Source: a virus
Lineage: Duplodnaviria; Caudoviricetes
Reading direction: 5' to 3' (one strand)
DNA length: 27,307 nucleotides
IMG/VR virus record: IMGVR_UViG_3300034110_000285
Span: 1-27,307 of that record
A model generated the notes under the pieces. The model was given only the letters and a program-made list of their open reading frames with translations, did not search any database and was not told where the DNA came from. This document shows positions 17,924 through 24,987 of the stretch, in pieces (the stretch's first letter is position 1; every line of letters begins with the position of its first letter). The position numbers were made by a program, and so were the translations under genes.

Positions 17924-19312
17924 ATGATTTCAATCGAAACTTCGATTGTGAAAGGTCTTCTATTCGATCAAGAGTATGCGTCGAAGGTAGTACCACATTT
18001 AAAAGATGAATTTTTTGATGGCCACCACAAAGAACTGTATAAGATTTATAGCAAGTTGTATGACAAGTATGGCACGACGCCTACTATAGAAGCAATGGTT
18101 ATATCTCTAAAGCAGAGCGGGCTGAGTGAAAACATTTACGAAAGTGCTTTAGGCGAGATAGAGTTAGTAATCAAAAACAGATCTGAACGGCCAGACACAA
18201 CATGGCTGATAGACGAGACGCAACGTTACTGCTCAGACAAAGCATTGTTCAACGCACTTTACCAGTCTATCTCTATCATTGAAGGTAACGATAAGAGCCT
18301 AGATAAGCACTGTATACCTAACATCTTAGAAGACGCTCTGGCAATTAGCTTTGATCAGAACATCGGCTCGGATTACTTAGAAGATTTCCAAAAGCGCTTT
18401 GACTACTATACGAGCACCACTAACAAGTTACCGTTTCCACTGGCAGCATTAAACACCTTATCTAATGGTGGCTTACCACCTAAGACATTGTGTGCAATTC
18501 TCGCAGGTACGAACGTTGGTAAGTCTGCCATGATGTGTTACCTGGCAGGTGAGTGGCTAAGAGCAGGCCACGATGTATTATACATCACAATGGAAATGTC
18601 AGAAGAAGCAGTGCAAGAACGTGTTGACGCTAACTTGTTAGACATGACAACAGACGAACTGAAGAACCCTTCTCTTAATAAAGAAATGTTCCTATCTAAG
18701 GTTCAACAGTTGCGTTCACGTACTACGGGCAGATTGATTGTTAAGGAATACCCTACATCATCGGCACACGCAGGGCATTTCAGATACTTACTGAAAGAAC
18801 TGAAGCAGAAGAAAAAGTTCAAGCCTCGTATCATATTCATAGACTACATCAACATCTGTGCGAGTTCTAGATACAAGGCAGGTGCAGGCGCTAACTCATA
18901 CACAATCATCAAGTCTATTGCAGAAGAACTGCGTGGACTGGCTGTGGAAGAAGAAGTTACTATATTCACTGCTACACAAACAAACCGTGAAGGCATGAAG
19001 GATAATAAGCCGGATATGACGTCTACTTCAGAGTCTGTGGGCTTACCACAGTCATTGGACTGGTTTGTTGCAATGGTAACAAATGAAGAACTGATGGAAC
19101 TAGGACAGCAGCTGATACTTCCACTCAAAACAAGGTTTGGTAATAAAGCCGGCCTTAAGAGTCAGTTAGTTCGGATAGACTTCGATAAGATGCGTTATAC
19201 AGACGTGGTTAACGATTCTGCAGCAGATATGCAATCTACATTAGGCAAACATGTACCATCTACAACTAAGCCTAAGGTCAGTGGTATACCGACTGATATA
19301 GATTGGGACTAA
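17924..19312 (+). CDS. 41: Replicative DNA helicase gp41 (DnaB-like)
   Basis: AGTNVGKS, YITMEMSEE, VKEYPT, IDYINIC, IAEELRGLAVE and TATQTNR. Confidence 0.96.
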   Translation: MISIETSIVKGLLFDQEYASKVVPHLKDEFFDGHHKELYKIYSKLYDKYGTTPTIEAMVISLKQSGLSENIYESALGEIELVIKNRSERPDTTWLIDETQRYCSDKALFNALYQSISIIEGNDKSLDKHCIPNILEDALAISFDQNIGSDYLEDFQKRFDYYTSTTNKLPFPLAALNTLSNGGLPPKTLCAILAGTNVGKSAMMCYLAGEWLRAGHDVLYITMEMSEEAVQERVDANLLDMTTDELKNPSLNKEMFLSKVQQLRSRTTGRLIVKEYPTSSAHAGHFRYLLKELKQKKKFKPRIIFIDYINICASSRYKAGAGANSYTIIKSIAEELRGLAVEEEVTIFTATQTNREGMKDNKPDMTSTSESVGLPQSLDWFVAMVTNEELMELGQQLILPLKTRFGNKAGLKSQLVRIDFDKMRYTDVVNDSAADMQSTLGKHVPSTTKPKVSGIPTDIDWD

Positions 19313-19319
19313 GAAAAGT

Positions 19320-19347
19320 TTGACAAACTTTAAAAAATGTCTATAAT
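19320..19347 (+). promoter_or_regulatory. sigma70 promoter
   Basis: TTGACA-16-TATAAT with TG; the -35 lies in the palindrome AAAGTTTG-A-CAAACTTT. Confidence 0.8.
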
Positions 19348-19383
19348 GTACTTACTTTAACAACACAACACGGAAAACACACT

Positions 19384-19725
19384 ATGAGCGTCGAAACAAC
19401 AGAAATTATCGTTCCATCTAGCCCAGCTGATATCTTAGATATTTTCAAAGTTATCAAGCAAATTTCTGACAGCAAGACTCGCGCTAAAGGCGAATCGGAT
19501 TACCAGAAAGAAACTTTGAACGCATTGGCTGAAAAGTATTCAATTGATGTGAAGTTCCTCCGCCAGATGGCAAACGACTATCACAAAGACACGTTTGACA
19601 AAAAGTCAAATGAGTTCGACAATTACCAGCACCTGTACGAAACAGTGATTACTCGTGGTAATCAGCTGTACAAGCCAGGTCAACCATTAAGTGCATCAAC
19701 AGTCGTTTCAGACGAAGAGGAGTAA
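19384..19725 (+). CDS. dsbA: T4 DsbA-like double-stranded DNA-binding protein
   Basis: IKQISDSK...IDVKFLRQMANDYHKD...LYETV aligns by eye with T4 DsbA (IKEASDHK...VDGKMFNRLLALYHKD...LYDTV). Confidence 0.75.
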   Translation: MSVETTEIIVPSSPADILDIFKVIKQISDSKTRAKGESDYQKETLNALAEKYSIDVKFLRQMANDYHKDTFDKKSNEFDNYQHLYETVITRGNQLYKPGQPLSASTVVSDEEE

Positions 19726-19729
19726 GAAG

Positions 19730-19876
19730 ATGGCAAAGGGCAAACACGTCGGCCGCGATTGGTCAAAGGATCCAAAAGCAGCAGTTGAGTATGTATTTAA
19801 TACTCACTACTGGGGCAACCGCACCAACGCTGGTAAGGGCGAGAAAGGCACTTACAAACGCAAGAAAAAAGATTAA
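19730..19876 (+). CDS. Small basic protein, ArfA-like
   Basis: ATG at 19730 after GAGGAG; 48 aa ending GKGEKGTYKRKKKD, similar to the ArfA KGKGSYxRK motif. Confidence 0.55.
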   Translation: MAKGKHVGRDWSKDPKAAVEYVFNTHYWGNRTNAGKGEKGTYKRKKKD

Positions 19877-19931
19877 CCATTGTGTGGACAGGGATTGGCC
19901 CTGTCCACAATTTTAAAGAGCGAGAATTGCA

Positions 19932-21149
19932 ATGACAAGTAAGACCCTTCAGCAGTTTGCTAAGTTCGATGACAATGTCTATCCATTCCGTATTCAGGAA
20001 GGCACCATCATTGATTCAGTCCCACCTGCGTATTACCACGTGGCTTCAAACGGCCCTGGTTCATATTACCTGACACAAAAGTCAGAAGATTTAAAACTAC
20101 CTGAAAAAATCTACGGTTCAACTTTGCCTCGCGCAGCCCGTATTTGGTCAGCGTTCCACGCACAATCACAGCCAATGGCAGTAGGTTTGTTCGGCGCCAA
20201 GGGTGCAGGTAAAACATTGTTATCAACAGTGATTGCGAACCAAGCAATTGCTTTAGGTTTACCTGTTGTTGATGTTAGCGCATCGTTCAGCACAGACAAA
20301 GCATATCTTGCCTTCTTGAACTCTTTAGGCAACTGCGTGATCGTGTTCGATGAATTCTTAAAACATCTGAGCAAGCAAGGTGATGTTGTAGAACAGTCTA
20401 AGAGCGATATTGCACTTGGCCGCCAGGACGAGATGTTAACGTTCTTCTCTGGTTCAAACAACAGCAAGCGCCTGGTGATCTTAATTGACAATCAGCAATA
20501 CATGTTGTCTGACTTCTTCAAGAACCGTCCAAGTCGTATGCGCTACTCTTTTGATTACAAAGGCATCGAGACTGAAGTGGTAATGAGCATCGCTAAAGAT
20601 GCCGGATTAAATGAAGCCAAATCTTCAATGTTAGCCACCTACGCACAACGATACGGCTGTACTTTCGATACAGTTAAAGAAATTGTGAACGAATGGGTGC
20701 TATTCCCTGAAGACACTATCGAAGAAATCACTGGCATCATGAACGTTCCGCGTATCTACCAGCCTAAGAAGAACAATGCTCGTATCGTATCGTTCAAGCA
20801 CAATAACGTTGACTTTTCACTGGACAATGAGCTGGCTGAAGAGTGCGATGGTTCTGTCTACTTCTCGCTTTCTCGTACCAACCCGTTCTTCGGTAAAGTG
20901 TTTGAAACTGAAGAAGAGTTTAACAAATACCGCGACGAAGACCTGGAAGATTATAGCTGGATTGACTTTGACGACTATCAGAGCGACGTGAAAAACCGAC
21001 GCATGACTGAGCGATTCAACGTTGGAAACAGCAACCTCGTTGCAATGAAGTCTAACATGGTATTCTACAAAACACCTGACTTCACTTTACAAGTGGAAAT
21101 CATGGGCCTAGCGGAAGTAGAGCCAATCTTCGATGTTAACGCATTCTAA
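19932..21149 (+). CDS. AAA+ ATPase
   Basis: Walker A GAKGAGKT, Walker B IVFDEF, sensor LIDN and Arg finger NRPSRMRY. Confidence 0.88.
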   Translation: MTSKTLQQFAKFDDNVYPFRIQEGTIIDSVPPAYYHVASNGPGSYYLTQKSEDLKLPEKIYGSTLPRAARIWSAFHAQSQPMAVGLFGAKGAGKTLLSTVIANQAIALGLPVVDVSASFSTDKAYLAFLNSLGNCVIVFDEFLKHLSKQGDVVEQSKSDIALGRQDEMLTFFSGSNNSKRLVILIDNQQYMLSDFFKNRPSRMRYSFDYKGIETEVVMSIAKDAGLNEAKSSMLATYAQRYGCTFDTVKEIVNEWVLFPEDTIEEITGIMNVPRIYQPKKNNARIVSFKHNNVDFSLDNELAEECDGSVYFSLSRTNPFFGKVFETEEEFNKYRDEDLEDYSWIDFDDYQSDVKNRRMTERFNVGNSNLVAMKSNMVFYKTPDFTLQVEIMGLAEVEPIFDVNAF

Positions 21150-21168
21150 GATAGTTTTAGGTTAGATA

Positions 21169-21197
21169 AAAAATCCTGCAGAAATGTGGGATTTTTT
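21169..21197 (+). terminator. Intrinsic terminator
   Basis: AAAAATCCTGCA-GAAA-TGTGGGATTTTTT. Confidence 0.75.
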
Positions 21198-21209
21198 CTT
21201 TATAAGTAG

Positions 21210-21238
21210 TTGACACAAGTGGCAGAAGACAGTAAAAT
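21210..21238 (+). promoter_or_regulatory. sigma70 promoter
   Basis: TTGACA(21210)-17-TAAAAT(21233). Confidence 0.75.
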
Positions 21239-21275
21239 AACGACATACAGCAAACAATGTGAGAAGGAATACATT

Positions 21276-21581
21276 ATGAACTATTTGCCAGTTGATTACT
21301 ACGGAAACCCAGACCATTTGTTCGATGATCTGAGTGTTGTTAAGAACTTCAATCAGTTGTATGTTCCTTGTGTAGATGGATTCTTAACTGAAGAAGACAT
21401 GGCTAAAAAGCCTAATGCTACTGTTCTTGTGTTAGACACAATGGCAGATGGTTATAAACGCTTTAAGGTTAAAGGTGTACCTGGTACGATGAAAGGCTAC
21501 GGCTTTGTCTACAGTAGTGATGCACGTTTTAATCGCCACTTCGGCCGTTACCCGATTGCATTACACGATCGGAAAGAATAA
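21276..21581 (+). CDS. Hypothetical early protein
   Basis: ATG at 21276 after AAGGA; C-terminal FVYSSDARF...YPIALHDRKE. Confidence 0.8.
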   Translation: MNYLPVDYYGNPDHLFDDLSVVKNFNQLYVPCVDGFLTEEDMAKKPNATVLVLDTMADGYKRFKVKGVPGTMKGYGFVYSSDARFNRHFGRYPIALHDRKE

Positions 21582-21593
21582 CAAGCAAATCGC

Positions 21594-21644
21594 TTGTTTT
21601 CACTGTGTATTTCGTGTAATATATAAAGCATACAGTGAAAACAA
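21594..21644 (+). promoter_or_regulatory. Probable tRNA operon promoter inside a 13 bp inverted repeat
   Basis: TTGTTT(21594)-17-TAATAT(21617); TTGTTTTCACTGT/ACAGTGAAAACAA. Confidence 0.6.
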
Positions 21645-21669
21645 AATTGCTCTTTTAAAACATAGTTTC

Positions 21670-21746
21670 GGCCCTGTAGCTCAATTGGTTAGAGCGTACG
21701 ACTCATAATCGTCAGGTTCCTGGTTCGATCCCAGGTGGGGCCACCA
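21670..21746 (+). tRNA. tRNA with CAU anticodon, probably Ile2 (lysidine-type, reads AUA); elongator Met not excluded
   Basis: Full cloverleaf GGCCCTG...CGA-CTCATAA-TCG...GGTTCGATCC...GGGGCCACCA; acceptor and anticodon stems resemble enterobacterial tRNA-Ile2. Confidence 0.92.
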
Positions 21747-21748
21747 CA

Positions 21749-21825
21749 GCGCTCTTAGCTCAGTTGGATAGAGCATGTGCCTTCTAAGCACAGGGTCACT
21801 GGTTCGAATCCAGTAGGGCGCGCCA
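21749..21825 (+). tRNA. tRNA-Arg (UCU)
   Basis: Cloverleaf with anticodon arm TGTGC-CTTCTAA-GCACA, T loop TTCGAAT and encoded CCA. Confidence 0.95.
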
Positions 21826-21879
21826 TATACTTCTACAATGTATTTCAAGATAGATGCATTGTAGAAGTGTATAATAAAA

Positions 21880-22094
21880 ATGCACTTCATTAACCAACTT
21901 TCGGTTGGAGTTTGTCGTTGACAGCCGGGAAAGACCGGCATCTAACTAAGAGATTAGGTTACAGGCTGCTTAGTTAATGACCTGTAAGATGTGTTGTCCA
22001 GTTGTAGCAACGGACAAAAGAGTCTGAGCAATCGTAGTTTGTTTTATCTACGGCTGTAATTGATATCCTCTCCATAACAAGAGGGGATATTTTT
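21880..22094 (+). ncRNA. Candidate structured non-coding RNA(s)
   Basis: Consecutive hairpins CCAAC/GTTGG, GCCGG-GAAAGA-CCGGC, TTACAGG/CCTGTAA, TTGTCC/GGACAA and CGTAG/CTACG, ending in the terminator-like ATATCCTCT/AGGGGATAT+T; no credible ORF. Confidence 0.5.
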
Positions 22095-22104
22095 AAAATA
22101 GTTG

Positions 22105-22132
22105 TTGACAGCGTGAATAAACACTGTACAAT
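22105..22132 (+). promoter_or_regulatory. sigma70 promoter upstream of the ncRNA array
   Basis: TTGACA(22105)-16-TACAAT(22127). Confidence 0.7.
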
Positions 22133-22161
22133 AGACAACGTAAAGACGAAGAAAGTGTGTT

Positions 22162-22234
22162 TTAGAAAGGTTCCCATACAGCAAACAAAAACTTGCTTAC
22201 TTTTGGTGTTAGCGCACAAACGGGACCTGTCTAA
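22162..22234 (+). ncRNA. Array unit 1: possible Gln(UUG)-like anticodon stem-loop cargo
   Basis: Stem AGGTTCCC/GGGACCT; cargo GCTTAC-TTTTGGT-GTTAGC (7 nt loop, one mismatch). Confidence 0.65.
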
Positions 22235-22297
22235 AGGACACTTACAGCAACACAAACAAACATTTGACTTTTAATCAAAACCGTTAATTGTGTCCTG
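22235..22297 (+). ncRNA. Array unit 2: tRNA-Lys(UUU) anticodon stem-loop cargo
   Basis: Stem AGGACAC/GTGTCCT; cargo TTTGA-CTTTTAA-TCAAA (22263-22279). Confidence 0.8.
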
Positions 22298-22302
22298 CAC
22301 AT

Positions 22303-22447
22303 TAGAACATTGAAAAGGGCTCTTACAGCAACAAACAAATTGCACTCAGGAGCACGTGGGGCCGGTTCGAATCCGGCACTCCCGAACAGACGGGAGTTAG
22401 TGTATTGGTAGCACACGTAAAGAAAAAGAGCCCTGTTCAATGTTTTA
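22303..22447 (+). ncRNA. Array unit 3: circularly permuted tRNA-like body (YrlA/Y-RNA-like)
   Basis: Stem AGGGCTCTT/AAGAGCCCT; T arm GCCGG-TTCGAAT-CCGGC, closed acceptor ACTCCCG-AACAGA-CGGGAGT, then D arm TAGTGTATTGGTAGCAC. Confidence 0.82.
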
Positions 22448-22454
22448 AGGTGTT

Positions 22455-22582
22455 TTAGAAAGAACTCATACAGCAACCAAAAATACGCCTGCTAAGCGAG
22501 AGGTCGTTGGTTCGAGTCCAACCACTCCACTCCAGGAGTGTAGCTCAGTCGGTTAGAGCGCTTAAAAATGAGTTCTGTCTAA
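22455..22582 (+). ncRNA. Array unit 4: Ser(GCU)-type anticodon loop plus circularly permuted tRNA-like body
   Basis: Stem AGAACTCAT/ATGAGTTCT; CGC-CTGCTAA-GCG, T arm GTTGG-TTCGAGT-CCAAC, CACTCC-ACTCCA-GGAGTG, D arm TAGCTCAGTCGGTTAGAGC. Confidence 0.82.
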
Positions 22583-22696
22583 AGTGCCTTTACAGCAACA
22601 TTAAACCAAACCGAGGGTCGTTGGTTCAAGTCCAACCTAGTCGAAAGGCAAAGTAGCTCAGTTGGGAGAGCATCGGTCCAAAACCATGAGGCACTG
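22583..22696 (+). ncRNA. Array unit 5: circularly permuted tRNA-like body
   Basis: Stem AGTGCCTT/GAGGCACT; ACCGA/TCGGT closes T arm GTTGG-TTCAAGT-CCAAC, a GAAA-capped imperfect acceptor and D arm TAGCTCAGTTGGGAGAGC. Confidence 0.8.
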
Positions 22697-22726
22697 TCCT
22701 AAACCCTAATTAACAGGAGACATCAC

Positions 22727-22933
22727 ATGAGTGAAAAAAATGTTAGTATTATCTTAACACCACAGTTTCAAGCTGAAGCGGGTGTTAAAGGCCCTAATTT
22801 CATTGATGTCGAAGACGTCTTAATTGACGAAGCTGGTGTCTATGTTTGGGCAAAAGAACAAGAGGATAAAGAAGCAGCAATGTATTTTTATCCAACACAT
22901 ACCGTTGCTCGTGTTAAAGTGACTGGAGTTTAG
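22727..22933 (+). CDS. Hypothetical protein (68 aa)
   Basis: AGGAG RBS; directly downstream of the array. Confidence 0.75.
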   Translation: MSEKNVSIILTPQFQAEAGVKGPNFIDVEDVLIDEAGVYVWAKEQEDKEAAMYFYPTHTVARVKVTGV

Positions 22934-22934
22934 A

Positions 22935-23165
22935 ATGAATAAGCGCATCGGCGGTACAATCAACAACTGGTGGATCAACGACACTTTGTTCGGCAAAGAT
23001 AGTCCAGTGGTCATGGGTCGTCTACAAGACGATTCCAAATGGGGCGAGTCTACATTAATTCGCACCAGCACTATCGTTTCAATCAATGAAGATGAAACGG
23101 AATTGGAAACACTGAACACGATTTACAAATTAGGTGAAAAAAGAGTTGACGGGATGACCGCTTAA
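22935..23165 (+). CDS. Hypothetical phage protein (76 aa)
   Basis: GGAG RBS; coupled to the previous ORF. Confidence 0.75.
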   Translation: MNKRIGGTINNWWINDTLFGKDSPVVMGRLQDDSKWGESTLIRTSTIVSINEDETELETLNTIYKLGEKRVDGMTA

Positions 23166-23222
23166 CTGTATTATACTCAACATTGTAAGTTGATACGGCG
23201 AATAACGCCTAATGGAGCACCT

Positions 23223-24119
23223 GTGAAAAAACACATTATAGCACTTCTTTTATTTCCACTTGTTTCGGTAGCAACCGAAACATGTCCGACAGGTGGCTGT
23301 ACTCTGCCATCCGACGTGTTTAATCCTAATTTAAACAACAGTCAGATCAATAGTTCAACTGTATCGCCTACAGTTGTAATGCCTGTCAACAACACTCAAA
23401 CAATGGGAGGCAACAATAGCTACTCTACCATCGGAAGTGTTAGCTGTGCTGAGCCTACTGTTAGCCTAGGTGTACATACATCTAAGCAAGGGTTTGGTGG
23501 AAAGTCAATGGATAACGTAGGTGTATTCGCAGGCGTTAACATTCCTTTCGGCGGCGATTCATGTGAATACGCACAGAAAACAATTGTTGAAGTTCAACAA
23601 ATTCAGTTGCAGTCTTCCAGAATGGATCAGTTTGCTAAACTGTTTAAAAGTTGTGTAGACGCAAGAACAATGGGCTTTGATATTGTTGCACTTGCTCGAA
23701 TTGAGCCAGCACTATCTCAGTGTCCTGAAATCTTAGCAGCATACACTCCGCCTGCACCACAACAAGTGCAAGTGCAACAGGTTGTTCAAGTTGTAAACCA
23801 ACAACCACAGGTAGAAGTAAAGAAGGAGAAGCAATTTGGAGGTTATCGCAAGTATCGTGTTTGGTTGGGTAATTACTCAGATTGTTCGGCTTGTGGTCGC
23901 GGTTATAAAGAATTAGTCAGTTCTTTACCTGTTGAAGTTAAAAGCAATCTTAAAATTTTACCTTTTGCGTCTAGTAAATATGAGCAGTTGTTCAGTGTGA
24001 ACGTAGCAACAGAATTTAATAGTCACAAAGAAGCGCTTGACTTTGTACAAAAACACATATATCCTTTGAACATCCCGGCAGACGTTCGTGGTGTGAAGGG
24101 TACAGAAATTTACCGTTAA
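23223..24119 (+). CDS. Secreted/periplasmic Cys-rich protein with possible C-terminal SPOR-like domain
   Basis: GTG at 23223 after GGAG gives signal peptide MKKHIIALLLFPLVSVA; Gln/Val/Pro linker; YRVWLGNY...FSVNVATEFNSHKEAL resembles the SPOR pattern. Promoter TTGACG(23146)-17-TATTAT. Confidence 0.7.
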   Translation: MKKHIIALLLFPLVSVATETCPTGGCTLPSDVFNPNLNNSQINSSTVSPTVVMPVNNTQTMGGNNSYSTIGSVSCAEPTVSLGVHTSKQGFGGKSMDNVGVFAGVNIPFGGDSCEYAQKTIVEVQQIQLQSSRMDQFAKLFKSCVDARTMGFDIVALARIEPALSQCPEILAAYTPPAPQQVQVQQVVQVVNQQPQVEVKKEKQFGGYRKYRVWLGNYSDCSACGRGYKELVSSLPVEVKSNLKILPFASSKYEQLFSVNVATEFNSHKEALDFVQKHIYPLNIPADVRGVKGTEIYR

Positions 24120-24149
24120 TGTTTTAAACAAACCATTGAGGAAGAAGAT

Positions 24150-24881
24150 ATGAAATCTATCAAAGTGTTACTTTTAGGCCTGACGTTATCGTTATTAGCA
24201 ACATCTGCAGTAGCAGAAGTGTCATTTGGTACCACTACATCACGTGCAGTAACTTTCACTGATGTAAATCGTGTAACAACCGGCACCATCGACAACCGCG
24301 AAATCAAGTACAGCACTCAACGTGGTGTTGAAGATGTTGGCAGCCGTAACTGCGGCGCAGGTTGTTCTCCAGCAGATCATCGTTATGTGGTGGACACGAA
24401 GTTTGGTGTAACCGACACAAAAACGTTGATCAGTGAAAAGACAACTGGCACGTCTAACTCAGACACAACCAGCTGCTTCACTACACTGACAGCAGGTAAC
24501 TTGAACCACAGCGTTGGTGCAAGTGAAACGAATGCGTCTAGCGATACAACAACTCAACGCAACAACGTCTCGACCATTAAAGGTTACGAAGTGTCTGTGT
24601 CGACTATTAATGACAAAGATCACGGCGGCTTAGGCGTAGGTGATGACGTTACTGTTAAGTCTGGCAACCAGGTGTTGTTCGATACAGCAGGCAACTTCAA
24701 CTCGAATGTCAACGTGTTGAATACTAAAGATGTGTCAGTTGTAGGTTACAACGACGGCAACGGTCAACAATCAGGCGTGAACTTGAACACCACAATCACT
24801 GACTTGACACAGGTTGACACTTCTCGAGTACGCACCACAACAACTTCAAAGACTCGCTCAGTGTTCAGTGACTTCAATTAA
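24150..24881 (+). CDS. Secreted Thr/Ser/Asn-rich beta-strand protein
   Basis: GAGGA RBS; signal peptide ending SAVA; alternating Thr-rich pattern. Confidence 0.75.
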   Translation: MKSIKVLLLGLTLSLLATSAVAEVSFGTTTSRAVTFTDVNRVTTGTIDNREIKYSTQRGVEDVGSRNCGAGCSPADHRYVVDTKFGVTDTKTLISEKTTGTSNSDTTSCFTTLTAGNLNHSVGASETNASSDTTTQRNNVSTIKGYEVSVSTINDKDHGGLGVGDDVTVKSGNQVLFDTAGNFNSNVNVLNTKDVSVVGYNDGNGQQSGVNLNTTITDLTQVDTSRVRTTTTSKTRSVFSDFN

Positions 24882-24898
24882 TAAGTCACTAACACTTT

Positions 24899-24927
24899 GA
24901 AAGGGAGCCAATGCTCCCTTTCTTTTT
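24899..24927 (+). terminator. Intrinsic terminator
   Basis: GAAAGGGAGC-CAAT-GCTCCCTTTC-TTTTT. Confidence 0.85.
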
Positions 24928-24987
24928 ACGTTAAATACTTGACAAACCAACATCAGATACTATACTTAAATAGAGGAGGAGTTAAAC

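Larger units (their letters stand above)
22162..22696 (+). repeat. Tandem array of five stem-TACAGCAA-cargo-stem units
   Basis: TACAGCAA at 22177, 22243, 22324, 22469 and 22591. Each is preceded by an AG-initiated 7-9 nt strand whose complement closes the unit, ending CTG. Stems differ in sequence but stay paired. Confidence 0.9.

Noticed and set aside
12779-19312. Intein or group I intron in the polymerase, UvsX or helicase
   Set aside because: Lengths are normal for the T4 families, motifs are contiguous, and no splice-junction or homing endonuclease signatures were seen.
147-20991. Short antisense or out-of-frame ORFs inside long genes (e.g. 8672..9283, 13049..13354, 20111..20491, 14136..14333)
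   Set aside because: Shadow frames of well-supported + strand genes, with no motifs or expression signals.
21505-22476. ORFs 21505..21708 (+), 21681..21941 (-), 21974..22255 (-) and 22231..22476 (-)
   Set aside because: They overlap tRNAs and structured RNAs and lack convincing RBSs or protein-like composition.
22354-22677. Ordinary tRNA genes or random tRNA debris
   Set aside because: Arm order is T-acceptor-D inside closed stems, with no free 3' CCA end. The same permutation occurs three times with intact pairing, which random decay would not produce.
22162-22696. CRISPR array
   Set aside because: The shared identical core is only 8 nt, unit lengths vary about two-fold, the flanks pair as unit-specific stems, and no cas genes are present.
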